Made by a program: the position numbers and the translations under genes
Origin: Desulfuromonas sp.
GTDB lineage: Bacteria; Desulfobacterota; Desulfuromonadia; Desulfuromonadales; Desulfuromonadaceae
Direction of reading: 5' to 3'
Length of the DNA: 63,536 nt
Assembly (NCBI GenBank): GCA_028685815.1
Contig: JAQUDG010000001.1
Location: 1 to 63,536 of the forward strand
Shown here: in pieces, positions 1-9,509 of the stretch
Position numbering within the stretch: the stretch's first letter is position 1
Layout of the letters: every line of letters starts with the position of its first letter
Notes under the pieces: model-generated
What the model saw: only the letters and a program-made list of their open reading frames with translations
Told to the model about the DNA's origin: nothing
The model's database searches: none

Positions 1-883
1 GGAATGCACCAGTTGCCATGCTCCCCATGCCAGCGCTTTCAAAGGGTTGCTCAAGGATCAACAGAAAGAGGTGTGCGCCGCGTGTCATACCAGCTTGAGC
101 GCCACGCAGGGAAAACAGCACGCCCCCTTTAAAAAAGGGCAGTGTGCCAGTTGCCATGCCGTCCACGGAAGCGAGCATCAGGGCTTGTTGCGGAGCGAGG
201 ATTCTAAATTGTGCCTCGGCTGCCATAAAACCAATTCTGCTTGGCAACAACGTCACAATGGGCGCAAGGCGCAGGGGATGAACTGTCTCGAATGTCACCA
301 CCCCCATGCCAGCACCAAAAAAGCCCTGCTGCGCCCCCTGCAACACAAGCCCTTTGCCGCTGGCAACTGCTCTGCATGTCACACCGGCTCTAGCGCAGAT
401 GGACGCTGCCTCTCCTGTCACTCTCAAGTGTTGCCCCAGTTTCAGCGGGTGCATACCCATCTGCAAGGCAAAGGGGCTTCAAACTGTACCGCATGCCACA
501 GTCCTCATGTCAGCAGCCAGGTTGGGCTCTTGAAAGGGATTGCCGGCAGCGTGTGCCGCGATTGTCATGCCGATAAACTCGAACGGCGCAAGCAGGCGCT
601 TTACGTCCATCCGCAGGCCAACCACTGTAGCGACTGCCACGCCGGGCATGGCTCCGATGAGCCCTATATGTTGCGTGGCGGCATGGCTGGGGCCTGCGAA
701 TCCTGCCACGGTGAGCACAGCACCTTTACCCATCCCATCGGCGACGATGTCCTCGATCCGCGCACCGGCACCCCGATGGATTGCATCTCGTGCCACGCGC
801 CGTGCACCGGTACCATGTTTGAACATAATCTGCGCGGTGGACGCGAGCGCGGCCTGTGCCTGCCGTGCCATCCAGGATATTAA
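1..883 (+). CDS. Multihaem c-type cytochrome (5' end outside window; at least 13 CXXCH)
   Basis: Frame 2 is open from nt 2 (ECTSCHAPHAS...) to TAA 881-883, so the tracked start at 47 is internal. 13 CXXCH in ~294 aa, mostly in a repeated CxxCH-x-[PV]H-[AG]S pattern typical of Geobacter-type polyhaem proteins. Confidence 0.9.
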   Translation, partial: ECTSCHAPHASAFKGLLKDQQKEVCAACHTSLSATQGKQHAPFKKGQCASCHAVHGSEHQGLLRSEDSKLCLGCHKTNSAWQQRHNGRKAQGMNCLECHHPHASTKKALLRPLQHKPFAAGNCSACHTGSSADGRCLSCHSQVLPQFQRVHTHLQGKGASNCTACHSPHVSSQVGLLKGIAGSVCRDCHADKLERRKQALYVHPQANHCSDCHAGHGSDEPYMLRGGMAGACESCHGEHSTFTHPIGDDVLDPRTGTPMDCISCHAPCTGTMFEHNLRGGRERGLCLPCHPGY

Positions 884-893
884 AGGTAAGACT

Positions 894-1775
894 ATGCGAT
901 ATACACAGGTCATAATCACCCTGCTAATTTACTGTTGCACCTTTCCGCTGTCGGCCTCCGCTGCCGTGTGGATTAGTCAGTGGCGCGCCCCTGATCCGCA
1001 ATCCGGCGTGCGTCTTGAATCCGTCCTGGCGATGGTTTTTGATCCACAGCGCGAGCGCATCTATGTAGCAGACGGACTGGCAGGAAAACTGCATGCCTTC
1101 GATCTCGACGGGCAGCACCTCTCCGACTTCGACGCCGGTGGCGACCTTGGCACCCCAGTCTCCATCACCCTACAGCGCACCGGACGCTTCTGGTTCGTAG
1201 ACCGCAAGGCCAATGCGTTGGTGCGGCTAGTCCCCGAAGAGCAGCGCCTAGAACGTTTTCCTTTTTCCCTCACGGGGGCAGAAGCCATGCTGCCAGAGAA
1301 GGTGGTGTGGCATCCGGAAGCGGGTTTGATGGTACTCGACCGCCTCAGCGGTAATGTCCTCGCGCTCGATGACAACCTCAACGTGCGCGGACGCTATGGG
1401 AGCAATTGCATTGATGTTGTGAGCGCAGCGGGAAAACTCTGGATATTACAGGCTGACGCCAGTGTTGTGCAGGTCGATCCCAGCGACGCAAGCGAAAGCA
1501 AAGGGAAGCGCATCGCATTACAGTACGATCTTAAACGACCGTCCGCGCTGGAGCGCAGCCCGCAGGGGCAATTGTTCATAGCCGATCGCGGGTTGTGTCA
1601 GGTGCTGGTTTTTTCCCCTGCAGGGCGCCACTTGTACAGCATCGGGGCACGCGGTAACCGGCTCGGGCGTTTCAGTGCCCCGCGTCAGATCCTGTTTCTC
1701 GATTCCGCTCAAGGCAGCGGTGCTCTGGCGGTCCTCGACGAGGTTAATCGCTGCGTGGATCTGTTCAGGCGCTAA
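894..1775 (+). CDS. NHL-repeat beta-propeller protein with signal peptide
   Basis: ATG 894 lies 11 nt after the cytochrome stop. The 540-893 part of the tracked ORF overlaps the cytochrome frame and is discounted. N-terminus MRYTQVIITLLIYCCTFPLSASA is signal-like. Repeated blade-like motifs (YVADGLAGKLHAFD, FIADRGLCQVLVF, GRFSAPRQILF). Confidence 0.75.
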   Translation: MRYTQVIITLLIYCCTFPLSASAAVWISQWRAPDPQSGVRLESVLAMVFDPQRERIYVADGLAGKLHAFDLDGQHLSDFDAGGDLGTPVSITLQRTGRFWFVDRKANALVRLVPEEQRLERFPFSLTGAEAMLPEKVVWHPEAGLMVLDRLSGNVLALDDNLNVRGRYGSNCIDVVSAAGKLWILQADASVVQVDPSDASESKGKRIALQYDLKRPSALERSPQGQLFIADRGLCQVLVFSPAGRHLYSIGARGNRLGRFSAPRQILFLDSAQGSGALAVLDEVNRCVDLFRR

Positions 1776-1820
1776 TAGTGCTTGGGCAATATGAAATTTA
1801 AGGAGCTTAAGGGAGTGCTT

Positions 1821-2966
1821 ATGCCTGCTTCTGGCACACACATAAACGGAGACCAGCGTGTCGACGCGGCGCTACGGGTGAGCGCAGGCTTTGTGGTTAG
1901 CGTGCTCGCCCTCCTTGTGTTTCTGCTCTGTTGGGTTGCCCCGGTGCATGCACGCGTCACTGGTCCATGCTCCAACTGTCACACCATGCACTATAGTCAG
2001 AACAATAGTATCCTCTCTGAGTGGGATGAAGGGGGACCGCACCAGGCGTTACTGCGCACCGATTGTGGTGGATGCCATACCGGCACCAATGAGTTTGGCG
2101 GCAAGACCCCTTTTGTAATGTCTGATGCCCCCGAATATGGCGAAAGTGGTATCGAGGCTAATGCCACTACCCTGGCGGGAGGGAGTTTCTACTGGGTAAA
2201 CCAGCCCGCTAACAAAGCTGTTGGCGGAGAAGCAACAGGGCACAATGTCGCCGGTTTGACCACAGCTGACAGTATCCTTCATACGCCCCCCGGCTTTGAC
2301 GGTGGACGTGCTGCTGCTGATGGCAGTAGACCGGGCGGAGGAACATGGCCGAGCGGGCAGCAAGTTACCTGCGCGGGTGTCTATGGTTGTCACGGCACCC
2401 ATAGCGAAGCGGCGCAGACCAGTGCCATCCACGGGGCGCATCATGGCGATCTCGGTGGGGCGCGTATTAATCCTGGTAATGCTCCCGCAGCGGGATATCG
2501 TTTCCTAGTAGGGATAGAGGGCTATGAAGACCCAAACTGGGAGATCCGCCCGACCGCGGATGCGCATAATCAGTATAAAGGGTTGAATAATCCTGGGGGC
2601 AGCAACACCAGCACCATCAGTAGCTTATGTGCGCGCTGCCACGGTGCGTATCACAGTGGTACGGGAAATACGGGAACCTCCTCGCCGTGGTTGCGGCATC
2701 CGACTGATTACGATATGGGCAACGCTAGCTCAAGCGAGTACCGCAATTATGGTGGCATGGGCAATAGCTACAATCCGGCCGTGCCGCTGGCGAGTGAAAC
2801 TGTGACCAGCGTAAAAAATAAAGTGACATTTAGCAACGATACCATTGTCACCTGCCTATCTTGCCACCGCGCCCACGGCAGTAAATACTACAAGGCTATG
2901 CGCTGGAATTACGCTGGCAGTGTAAATGGTGGACTGTGTACCGAATGTCATAGCAGTAAGAAGTGA
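1821..2966 (+). CDS. OmcS-family hexahaem c-type cytochrome, paralogue A
   Basis: Motif-by-motif match to my recollection of G. sulfurreducens OmcS: CSNCHTMH, GGSFYWV, GHNV, YRFLVG, CARCH...WLRHPTD, CLSCHRAHGS, C-terminal CTECH. ATG 1821 has GGGAG 5 nt upstream; alternative starts are 1791 and 1782. Signal peptide ends VHA. Confidence 0.8.
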   Translation: MPASGTHINGDQRVDAALRVSAGFVVSVLALLVFLLCWVAPVHARVTGPCSNCHTMHYSQNNSILSEWDEGGPHQALLRTDCGGCHTGTNEFGGKTPFVMSDAPEYGESGIEANATTLAGGSFYWVNQPANKAVGGEATGHNVAGLTTADSILHTPPGFDGGRAAADGSRPGGGTWPSGQQVTCAGVYGCHGTHSEAAQTSAIHGAHHGDLGGARINPGNAPAAGYRFLVGIEGYEDPNWEIRPTADAHNQYKGLNNPGGSNTSTISSLCARCHGAYHSGTGNTGTSSPWLRHPTDYDMGNASSSEYRNYGGMGNSYNPAVPLASETVTSVKNKVTFSNDTIVTCLSCHRAHGSKYYKAMRWNYAGSVNGGLCTECHSSKK

Positions 2967-2979
2967 TAAGGATTTATAT

Positions 2980-4347
2980 ATGTTCAAACATACTGTGCGC
3001 GTGTTTATCGGTCATACAATCTGCCTCGGCGTGGCTGCGTTCCTTTCAGGCATCACTTGTGTTCATGCCCTAGAGGTAAACTATACAAATTCAGCCCATG
3101 GGAATGCAACCTATGGGGTAAATCGTTCAGATATGCCGGATGCCTATGCCGTCGGCAACTGCGCGCATTGCCATGTGCAACATGGCAGTGTAGATGGGAG
3201 CGCTGGAGCAGTGCATGGATTTGCCCTTTTCAGTGCCAATTTAGTAGAAGGTGCGGACATTACATATAAGTCGACGGACAGTGTGTGTTTTCAGTGCCAT
3301 ACTACGTCGAATTCTCGGCAGCAGGGGGGATCGGTGCCTAATCCAGATTATGCCGAAACCTTTGGTGGTTTTTCTGAGAATTCAGATCAAGGAGTTTTAG
3401 AGCAGTACAACCCAGACACACAATTAGAAGATTCCTACCATAATCTGGACGAGGTTCGAATCTATGCAGCACAAAACTTTGCTTGGTTTAAAGAGTATAC
3501 TACCCCATGCGAGGCATGTCACAATCCGCATATAGCACGGCGCAATAAAGCCCATGTTAAGGATCCAACGTATACTGCAATATCTCTACCTTCCGACCAC
3601 GGAAATTTGTGGGGCGATGACGCCGGCGAGACCATGGCAAGGTATGGCGGCGATTATCAGGCACCGTTTTACTACAATTCCACTACCAGCTATGAACCTG
3701 GCGGCCTTCTAAATTCAGATCCAAGTAAAGTTCCCGACTACGTCACCTTTTGTAATGAATGCCACGGTTCAGAAAAAGCGCCAATTTACAGCACTAGGCG
3801 AGAGCGCAATTTGGTTATGGTTAACTGGAGCGCCGCTGGTGACAAGCACGGAGCAAGGGGGCGTGATGGGAAAACTTGGTTGCGCGAGCCCTACGCAACA
3901 ATTGGGGGTAAAAGTAACTATGTGCTCAGCTGCGTCGATTGTCATGAGCCCCACGCTTCGCCCTATCCATTCCTGATGCGACGTTCCATCAATGGGCAGC
4001 CGCTAAACCTTAATGAGCCCGGCTTGGGTCCAGATAAGCGGGGGTTTCAGTGTCTGCAATGTCATCAGGATGACAACGCGATGGGTTATGGAGGTGTAAA
4101 TGACTGGGCTCGTCAACACCATGGCCTAGGAGGTGACAGCCCATATTCCGGACGGAATAATATAGGTCCGTCGGGGAAACCACTGGCCAACTGCGATTGT
4201 CATGGCGCGTTTGAAGGTGATATCGGTAGTGGGAAAAATCCCATTCGCTGCGAGATATGTCACTATCACGGCTCGTCTGTGCCTAACCCTGCTGGAGAAT
4301 GGCCTGCAACGGTGACGCCTAAGAATGGTGAGCAGAAGACTTTTTAA
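2980..4347 (+). CDS. Multihaem c-type cytochrome (7 CXXCH plus one CXCH), secreted
   Basis: ATG 2980 lies 14 nt after the previous stop and is followed by a hydrophobic signal (FIGHTICLGVAAFLSGITCVHA). Motifs CAHCH, CFQCH, CEACH, CNECH, CVDCH, CLQCH, CEICH and NCDCH. Confidence 0.8.
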   Translation: MFKHTVRVFIGHTICLGVAAFLSGITCVHALEVNYTNSAHGNATYGVNRSDMPDAYAVGNCAHCHVQHGSVDGSAGAVHGFALFSANLVEGADITYKSTDSVCFQCHTTSNSRQQGGSVPNPDYAETFGGFSENSDQGVLEQYNPDTQLEDSYHNLDEVRIYAAQNFAWFKEYTTPCEACHNPHIARRNKAHVKDPTYTAISLPSDHGNLWGDDAGETMARYGGDYQAPFYYNSTTSYEPGGLLNSDPSKVPDYVTFCNECHGSEKAPIYSTRRERNLVMVNWSAAGDKHGARGRDGKTWLREPYATIGGKSNYVLSCVDCHEPHASPYPFLMRRSINGQPLNLNEPGLGPDKRGFQCLQCHQDDNAMGYGGVNDWARQHHGLGGDSPYSGRNNIGPSGKPLANCDCHGAFEGDIGSGKNPIRCEICHYHGSSVPNPAGEWPATVTPKNGEQKTF

Positions 4348-4353
4348 AGAGGA

Positions 4354-5853
4354 ATGATATCTATGCGCCTAATCTATCTCGGTGCTCTGCTCCTTACGTT
4401 GGGTTGCCTCGGCTGCAATCAGGCCGGGCTTATCCGCCACAGCGATATCTCCTTCTTCAGTACCGATACGGCCTTGGAGCAGGCAGGGATATATCTGTAT
4501 TTAAATGGCGCGGAAAGACAGATTGCCCCCCTTGCAGCCGCTATCCGCACGTTGGAAGTGTATGACGCCACGGCGGAGGTGTGGTTGCCGTTGGAACGCT
4601 CCCCCGCCGGAGAGAATCACCCTGACGGGCAGCGCTATTTAGCCGGCAGCTTGCTGGCGCCGGGGCTGTATCCACACCTACGCATCACCATGGCCGAAGG
4701 CGACACAACCACACCCCAGAATGTGCCCACGGGATTGGCGCGCCTCGAAGCGGGAGAGCGCGTGTGTTTGCAGTTGTGGCTCAATGCGTCATCTGCGGGC
4801 GCACGTACGCAGGAAGGTACGCCAACGTCAAACTTGAACGGTTCGTGGCACGTGAATGTAGCGCAACCACCCTACACTGGTGATCTGCTTGCGGTTTTGG
4901 GTGGAGGGGGAACCGAAGTGCTGCTCCTGCGCAGCGACAACCTCCACACTCGGGCTGCCATTGGGCTGCAGGAACAGTGGAACGATTGGCATCTGCTCGA
5001 AGGTGAGGGAATCTGGGGACTGGCCCCTACCTCCATGACCCTGCGCGAACGGGGAAGTTGGCGCGTGCTGGATCGCCTCGGCTTGCCGTTGGTTGAGCAC
5101 GCCACCGAATTCGCTCCCGCCATGGCGGCGACAGCGGCCTCTGGCGCCGATCCCACCTTTTTTATTACCGACAGCGGCGGCAACCGCCTAGTAAGCATCG
5201 GGCGCCGCAATGGGGCGCAGAATATATATGCTGCGGGTTTTTCTCCCACCCAAATTCTGCTACAGCGCTATGCTTCTGGCAGCGGAACCTTCAGCAATGG
5301 AGGAGACGGTGAGCTCATAGTGGTGAGCGCCGCTGATGGCGTGTATCTATTCGACCCGCAGAGTGGCGCCAATCGCCGCCATAGCAGCGCGTATCGCGTC
5401 GCGGATATGGCTGGTTCGTTTGAATACGATATCGACAGCGCCAGCAACCGCGTAATTTTGGCGCTGGAACGGATAAATGAGGTGCATAGCTATGCGCTGC
5501 CGGAGTTCAGCCTGCAGGCACAGTATCTATGTGCGGCACCGCCACAGCAAGTACTGGTGGTGCGTAACCAGGTGCTGGTCGCAACTGGAAGCGGCACGCG
5601 CAACACTCTGATCTGGCTTAACCTGCGGGATATGACCCGAATGGGGCAACTCCCCCTGCCTTTCCCTGTGGCAGACATGCTTTATAGCCCAGTTACCTCC
5701 AGTGTTTATGCCCTTTCGCGCGACGGGGTACACCTTTTGCAGATTGATTCAATATCTAGGCGCATTGACCGCCACATAACCTTGCCCACTCCGGGCCGAC
5801 GCCTACTTCTGCTTGAACAGCGTCGTGCCGAATCTGGTGTTTTTCACCCTTGA
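4354..5853 (+). CDS. Probable lipoprotein with beta-propeller-like repeats
   Basis: N-terminus MISMRLIYLGALLLTLGCLGCNQ (signal plus LGC lipobox-like Cys). No haem motifs. Repeated strand-rich segments (e.g. VLVATGSG...LIWLNL, VYALSRDGVHLLQID) resemble YVTN/NHL-type blades. The fold call is by eye only. Confidence 0.55.
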   Translation: MISMRLIYLGALLLTLGCLGCNQAGLIRHSDISFFSTDTALEQAGIYLYLNGAERQIAPLAAAIRTLEVYDATAEVWLPLERSPAGENHPDGQRYLAGSLLAPGLYPHLRITMAEGDTTTPQNVPTGLARLEAGERVCLQLWLNASSAGARTQEGTPTSNLNGSWHVNVAQPPYTGDLLAVLGGGGTEVLLLRSDNLHTRAAIGLQEQWNDWHLLEGEGIWGLAPTSMTLRERGSWRVLDRLGLPLVEHATEFAPAMAATAASGADPTFFITDSGGNRLVSIGRRNGAQNIYAAGFSPTQILLQRYASGSGTFSNGGDGELIVVSAADGVYLFDPQSGANRRHSSAYRVADMAGSFEYDIDSASNRVILALERINEVHSYALPEFSLQAQYLCAAPPQQVLVVRNQVLVATGSGTRNTLIWLNLRDMTRMGQLPLPFPVADMLYSPVTSSVYALSRDGVHLLQIDSISRRIDRHITLPTPGRRLLLLEQRRAESGVFHP

Positions 5854-5878
5854 ACCATTTTACTGAGGAATGACATGC

Positions 5879-7096
5879 ATGCAACGTATGGTAGCAATTT
5901 TGATTGTCATCATATTTATAATGAGTGTAATCTTCTGGGTTAACACGCGCACGGCCAGTGGGTCTGATGCTGGCTGTCTGGCTTGTCACGCAGAAGAGGT
6001 AGAGATGGCTCAATCTCGACTGTTTGTGCATGCGCCGTATCGTGATGGGGCCTGTGGTGCCTGTCATGTGCAGGAGCGTGATTCGACCAAGAATGAGACC
6101 GCATCAGGTACGCCAGCGGCGCCACTGTCAGCATTTGAGCCCTCACAGATACGCGCGCTGGATGTGCACTGGGTGCAGGAATGCTACGAGCCCTCTCGCC
6201 ATCTGGTTCTTCCAGTCAGCGATGTTGAAGGCCACAGCATGCTGGTGGTAGAGATTTGGGATCAGTGCCGCGAAGAGCACCAGTATGTCATGCCCATCCT
6301 CCCCCTTGAGCAACTAACGACCATCCCACCCCAAGGGATAGCCCCTTTGCCCTTGCCAAAGGTAACGCTGCGGCGCGATCCCATCTATCCTGATGCTCTG
6401 ATGGTAGATTGCAACGCTAGCATCCCGGTGCGGGGAAAAATATACCTGCAGCGCGCCGGCGCTCCGGTACGCGTGGTGGAGACTGGCTCTATTTATCAGA
6501 CTGAAATAAGGGTGAGTATTTCAAGTCTGGAGCGTAATGCCAGTTACAGTTTGTATCTGGAGACTGTGGACACCAGCGACCGGCAGCAGCGTTCCCCAGT
6601 GTATGAATTTGTCCCAGCGCAGCTAGCTATTTCTGCGGAAGTCGCGCGCAGCGAAGGCTGCACCCTCGAGACCGAAATGGCCCTGTATCGTGGCAGCTGC
6701 GCAGGTGGACCATGCTACCTCCTTGCCGTTGAAGCGAGTCAGTCCATCACTCTTTCAATCGGAACGCTCAAAAGCGGCGCGTCGGCTCCGGCGCACCAGC
6801 GTGGGGGTAAATCGACTGTCTCTAGGCGGCCGGACTACCATCCCGATATTGCAGATCCGCGCTTCACCAATCACTCCGCCTGTCGCACCTGTCATCCCGA
6901 TTCATTCGGCCCTATGTCGCATCCGGTGGATATAGTCCCCCCCGAAGGGATGAACGTCTCTGAGGAACTGCATTTGCTCCCTGATGGACGCATAAGCTGC
7001 ATGACCTGCCACGAATTTCATGCCGGGGAAGACCACTATCGCCTCCGCTTTAAGTCCAGACAGAAGCTGTGCAATGCCTGTCACGCACACTATTAA
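5879..7096 (+). CDS. Membrane-anchored pentahaem c-type cytochrome with a long haem-free central domain
   Basis: GAGGA lies 9 nt upstream of ATG 5879 (alternative ATG 5870). N-terminal TM helix (VAILIVIIFIMSVIFWV). CLACH and CGACH near the N-terminus, CRTCH, CMTCH and CNACH near the C-terminus, with ~270 aa between them lacking Cys-X2-Cys-His. Confidence 0.8.
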   Translation: MQRMVAILIVIIFIMSVIFWVNTRTASGSDAGCLACHAEEVEMAQSRLFVHAPYRDGACGACHVQERDSTKNETASGTPAAPLSAFEPSQIRALDVHWVQECYEPSRHLVLPVSDVEGHSMLVVEIWDQCREEHQYVMPILPLEQLTTIPPQGIAPLPLPKVTLRRDPIYPDALMVDCNASIPVRGKIYLQRAGAPVRVVETGSIYQTEIRVSISSLERNASYSLYLETVDTSDRQQRSPVYEFVPAQLAISAEVARSEGCTLETEMALYRGSCAGGPCYLLAVEASQSITLSIGTLKSGASAPAHQRGGKSTVSRRPDYHPDIADPRFTNHSACRTCHPDSFGPMSHPVDIVPPEGMNVSEELHLLPDGRISCMTCHEFHAGEDHYRLRFKSRQKLCNACHAHY

Positions 7097-7127
7097 AGTT
7101 AAACAACAACCATCGGCGGAGAAAAAA

Positions 7128-7706
7128 ATGTTTTCCACAGACGACAAAAATGAAACGCATCCTGCGTATCGGCGCAAATCACTGAATCTTGGAGTTAAGA
7201 CGGAATTCCAGCGCTGGCTCATGTGGCGCATCTTCGGGGTGGTGCTGCTTAGCGCACTAGTGGCGGCTTTGGTGCTGTACTTCTATGCGCGGCACGAAAC
7301 CATCACCACCTTTTACGATGCCCACATCAAGCTGCGCCGCGTCAGTGATCTGCTCCTACCCGTGGTTCTGTCAGGGGTCGGGGTGAGCTTGCTCGGGGGG
7401 TTGTTGCTGGCGTTGTTTTTACCCCAGAAGATTGCGGGCCCCCTCTATAATATCGAGCGCACCCTCGAGCGTGTTCGGAGCGGAAGCCTGAAACCGCGGG
7501 TTAAGTTACGCCAGCATGACTGCCTCGAAGAGATGGCGAACGAGGTAAACCTCACCCTCGATTTTATGCATGAGCGCATTGTCGCCGCCGCAGAATTGCT
7601 TGATGAGATCCATGCGGCCCTGGATATTTCGGATGACGCACGCGTTCGCGAGATGTTGCAGCGTCAGCAGGAGCTGCTGCGCAGCTTACTTGATCCCCCG
7701 CTGTGA
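7128..7706 (+). CDS. Small membrane protein with HAMP-like domain and no output domain
   Basis: ATG 7128; the upstream part of the tracked ORF overlaps the cytochrome gene. Two TM segments flank a short loop, then PQKIAGPLYNIERTLERVRSGSL...LEEMANEVNLTLDF, a HAMP-type amphipathic pair. The protein ends ~60 aa later. Confidence 0.6.
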   Translation: MFSTDDKNETHPAYRRKSLNLGVKTEFQRWLMWRIFGVVLLSALVAALVLYFYARHETITTFYDAHIKLRRVSDLLLPVVLSGVGVSLLGGLLLALFLPQKIAGPLYNIERTLERVRSGSLKPRVKLRQHDCLEEMANEVNLTLDFMHERIVAAAELLDEIHAALDISDDARVREMLQRQQELLRSLLDPPL

Positions 7707-7842
7707 GTTTTGCCCCATACTGATGTGCCAATTGGGGCACCTGCCCCAGACTCAAAGGGTAGGACGTGATATCCCTACCAGCAGCCCCACCCGAAATGGA
7801 TGGTTGGACGGGTAAGTTGTTGTAATTAAAGAAATTTTGGTT

Positions 7843-7856
7843 TTTGTTTAAACAAA
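7843..7856. promoter_or_regulatory. Perfect 14-bp palindrome TTTGTTTAAACAAA
   Basis: Read directly from the sequence. Lies 20 bp upstream of the sigma-54-like -24 element. Could be a regulator or IHF-type site; no function is shown. Confidence 0.3.
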
Positions 7857-7875
7857 CATCGTGGATGCGCACGTT

Positions 7876-7891
7876 TGGCACAGGTTTGGCA
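7876..7891 (+). promoter_or_regulatory. Sigma-54 (RpoN) type -24/-12 promoter
   Basis: TGGCACaggttTgGCA versus consensus TGGCAC-N5-TTGCW. GG and GC are at the correct 10-nt offset with one mismatch in the -12 box. Lies ~320 nt upstream of ATG 8210. Confidence 0.5.
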
Positions 7892-8209
7892 AGGTATATC
7901 CAAGAGACACAAACTTTTAAGTTGATAAGCCTAAAAGATGTAAATGGAAACGTTGCGTCGGTAATTGCGGAAACTGCCACAACCACGGTAAAAAGTTAGG
8001 AACCAAGCCCCGCGAGGGATTGGCGAGTGCATCTGAAGTCGAACGTTCATTCGTTCGCGCCCGTGTGAGAACACCAAAAAAGACCGCGACCCGCGCAAAG
8101 AATCTAGGTTGCCACCCAATTTGCGTAGCCACATATATTCACCTGCTCGCTGCCGTGCTGCGTGGAAGTGAATACAAAAACCAACACAAGAAGAGGAAGG
8201 AGAATTACC

Positions 8210-9352
8210 ATGAATATCAAATTTTTATTATCCCTACTACTGACTCTGGCGCTTGTCGTCAGCGGCTCTACCGCTTGGGCCAAGGTGCAAGGAGCGTGTT
8301 CTGACTGTCACACCATGCATAATTCACAAGATGGTAGCGATGTTGTGGCAGAGCTAGGCCGTTCATTGACCAAAGGTGATTGCGTGGGTTGTCATACCGG
8401 CGCTAACGCAGCAGGTGGGAATATCCCGTATATTACCGACACCTCGGAACCTACCTACACTTCGGCAGATGGTACCTCAGGCACCACGTTGGCCGGTGGA
8501 AGTTTCTACTGGGTGGCGAACGGTGGAGATGCAAAAGGGCATAACGTCCTTAATATAGCTGCTGGGAAAGATGCCAATATGCCCAACCTGGATCCGCCAG
8601 GATGGAATCCGGCAGTCAGCAACAATGTTATTGCTGGTGGCGATGCAACTTGGAGCAATCAGCTTACCTGCGCGGGAACATATGGTTGTCATGGACCGCA
8701 TGGCGCCGCTGATGACTTTCAGGATATCGCTGGCGCGCACCACGGGGATGATTCCGTTATCGATGGTAGTACAGCGGCAAAAAGTTATCGCTTCTTAAAT
8801 GGCATCATCGGGTATGAAGCTGCGGATTGGGAGTTAAGTCCTAGCGCGACCAATCGCAATGAGTATCATGGGGTAGCAAGAAAAAGCATAACCACGGGCG
8901 GTGGTGAGTCAGATCAGAAAACCATTAGTTACTTCTGTGCTACTTGCCATGGAAACTACCACTCAGGGGATGGCATCTCCAGCGCGGCGCAAGAAGCCAG
9001 CATCGGCGAGAACCCCTGGTTACGTCACCCCACAGATTATGATATGGCGGATACCGCAGTTGGCTCTGAATACCGCTCATACAATCAAGACGGAACCTAC
9101 AGTGTAGAGGCACCGGTTGCCTTTGACCTTGGAGCTAGTGTGACTAAAGCTTCGCATGCGCTTAACTCGGTCGCATTCACTGGTGGCAAGGCTATTGTAA
9201 CCTGTATCTCATGTCACCGTGCACATGGCTCGCCTCATGATGACCTGCTGCGCTGGGCCTACAGCCCAACCAATGACACTGGCGCAGTTATGTCAGCAGG
9301 TAGTGGAGCCGGTAACGTTGGATGTTTTGTGTGCCATACGACCAAAAATTAA
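8210..9352 (+). CDS. OmcS-family hexahaem c-type cytochrome, paralogue B
   Basis: GGAAGGAG RBS before ATG 8210. Signal peptide MNIKFLLSLLLTLALVVSGSTAWA. Same motif series as paralogue A: CSDCHTMHNS, CVGCH, GGSFYWV, KGHNV, TCAGTYGCHG, YRFLNG, CATCH...WLRHPTD, CISCHRAHGS, CFVCH. Confidence 0.85.
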   Translation: MNIKFLLSLLLTLALVVSGSTAWAKVQGACSDCHTMHNSQDGSDVVAELGRSLTKGDCVGCHTGANAAGGNIPYITDTSEPTYTSADGTSGTTLAGGSFYWVANGGDAKGHNVLNIAAGKDANMPNLDPPGWNPAVSNNVIAGGDATWSNQLTCAGTYGCHGPHGAADDFQDIAGAHHGDDSVIDGSTAAKSYRFLNGIIGYEAADWELSPSATNRNEYHGVARKSITTGGGESDQKTISYFCATCHGNYHSGDGISSAAQEASIGENPWLRHPTDYDMADTAVGSEYRSYNQDGTYSVEAPVAFDLGASVTKASHALNSVAFTGGKAIVTCISCHRAHGSPHDDLLRWAYSPTNDTGAVMSAGSGAGNVGCFVCHTTKN

Positions 9353-9425
9353 GAAAAAACATAAGTTTTAATTCACCCTGTCTGACCTTCCGGGGTGTTG
9401 TGTAATCATTATATGTATTGGCCAT

Positions 9426-9457
9426 GGGCGTCAGTTTCGGCTGACGCCCTTTTTTTA
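9426..9457 (+). terminator. Rho-independent terminator
   Basis: GGGCGTCAG-tttcgg-CTGACGCCC followed by TTTTTTT, 74 nt after the stop of the cytochrome gene. Confidence 0.85.
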
Positions 9458-9509
9458 CCTGTTACGTTAGCGTGACTGAGGATTCATGTGTTGGCATGAA
9501 CGTTAAGGT

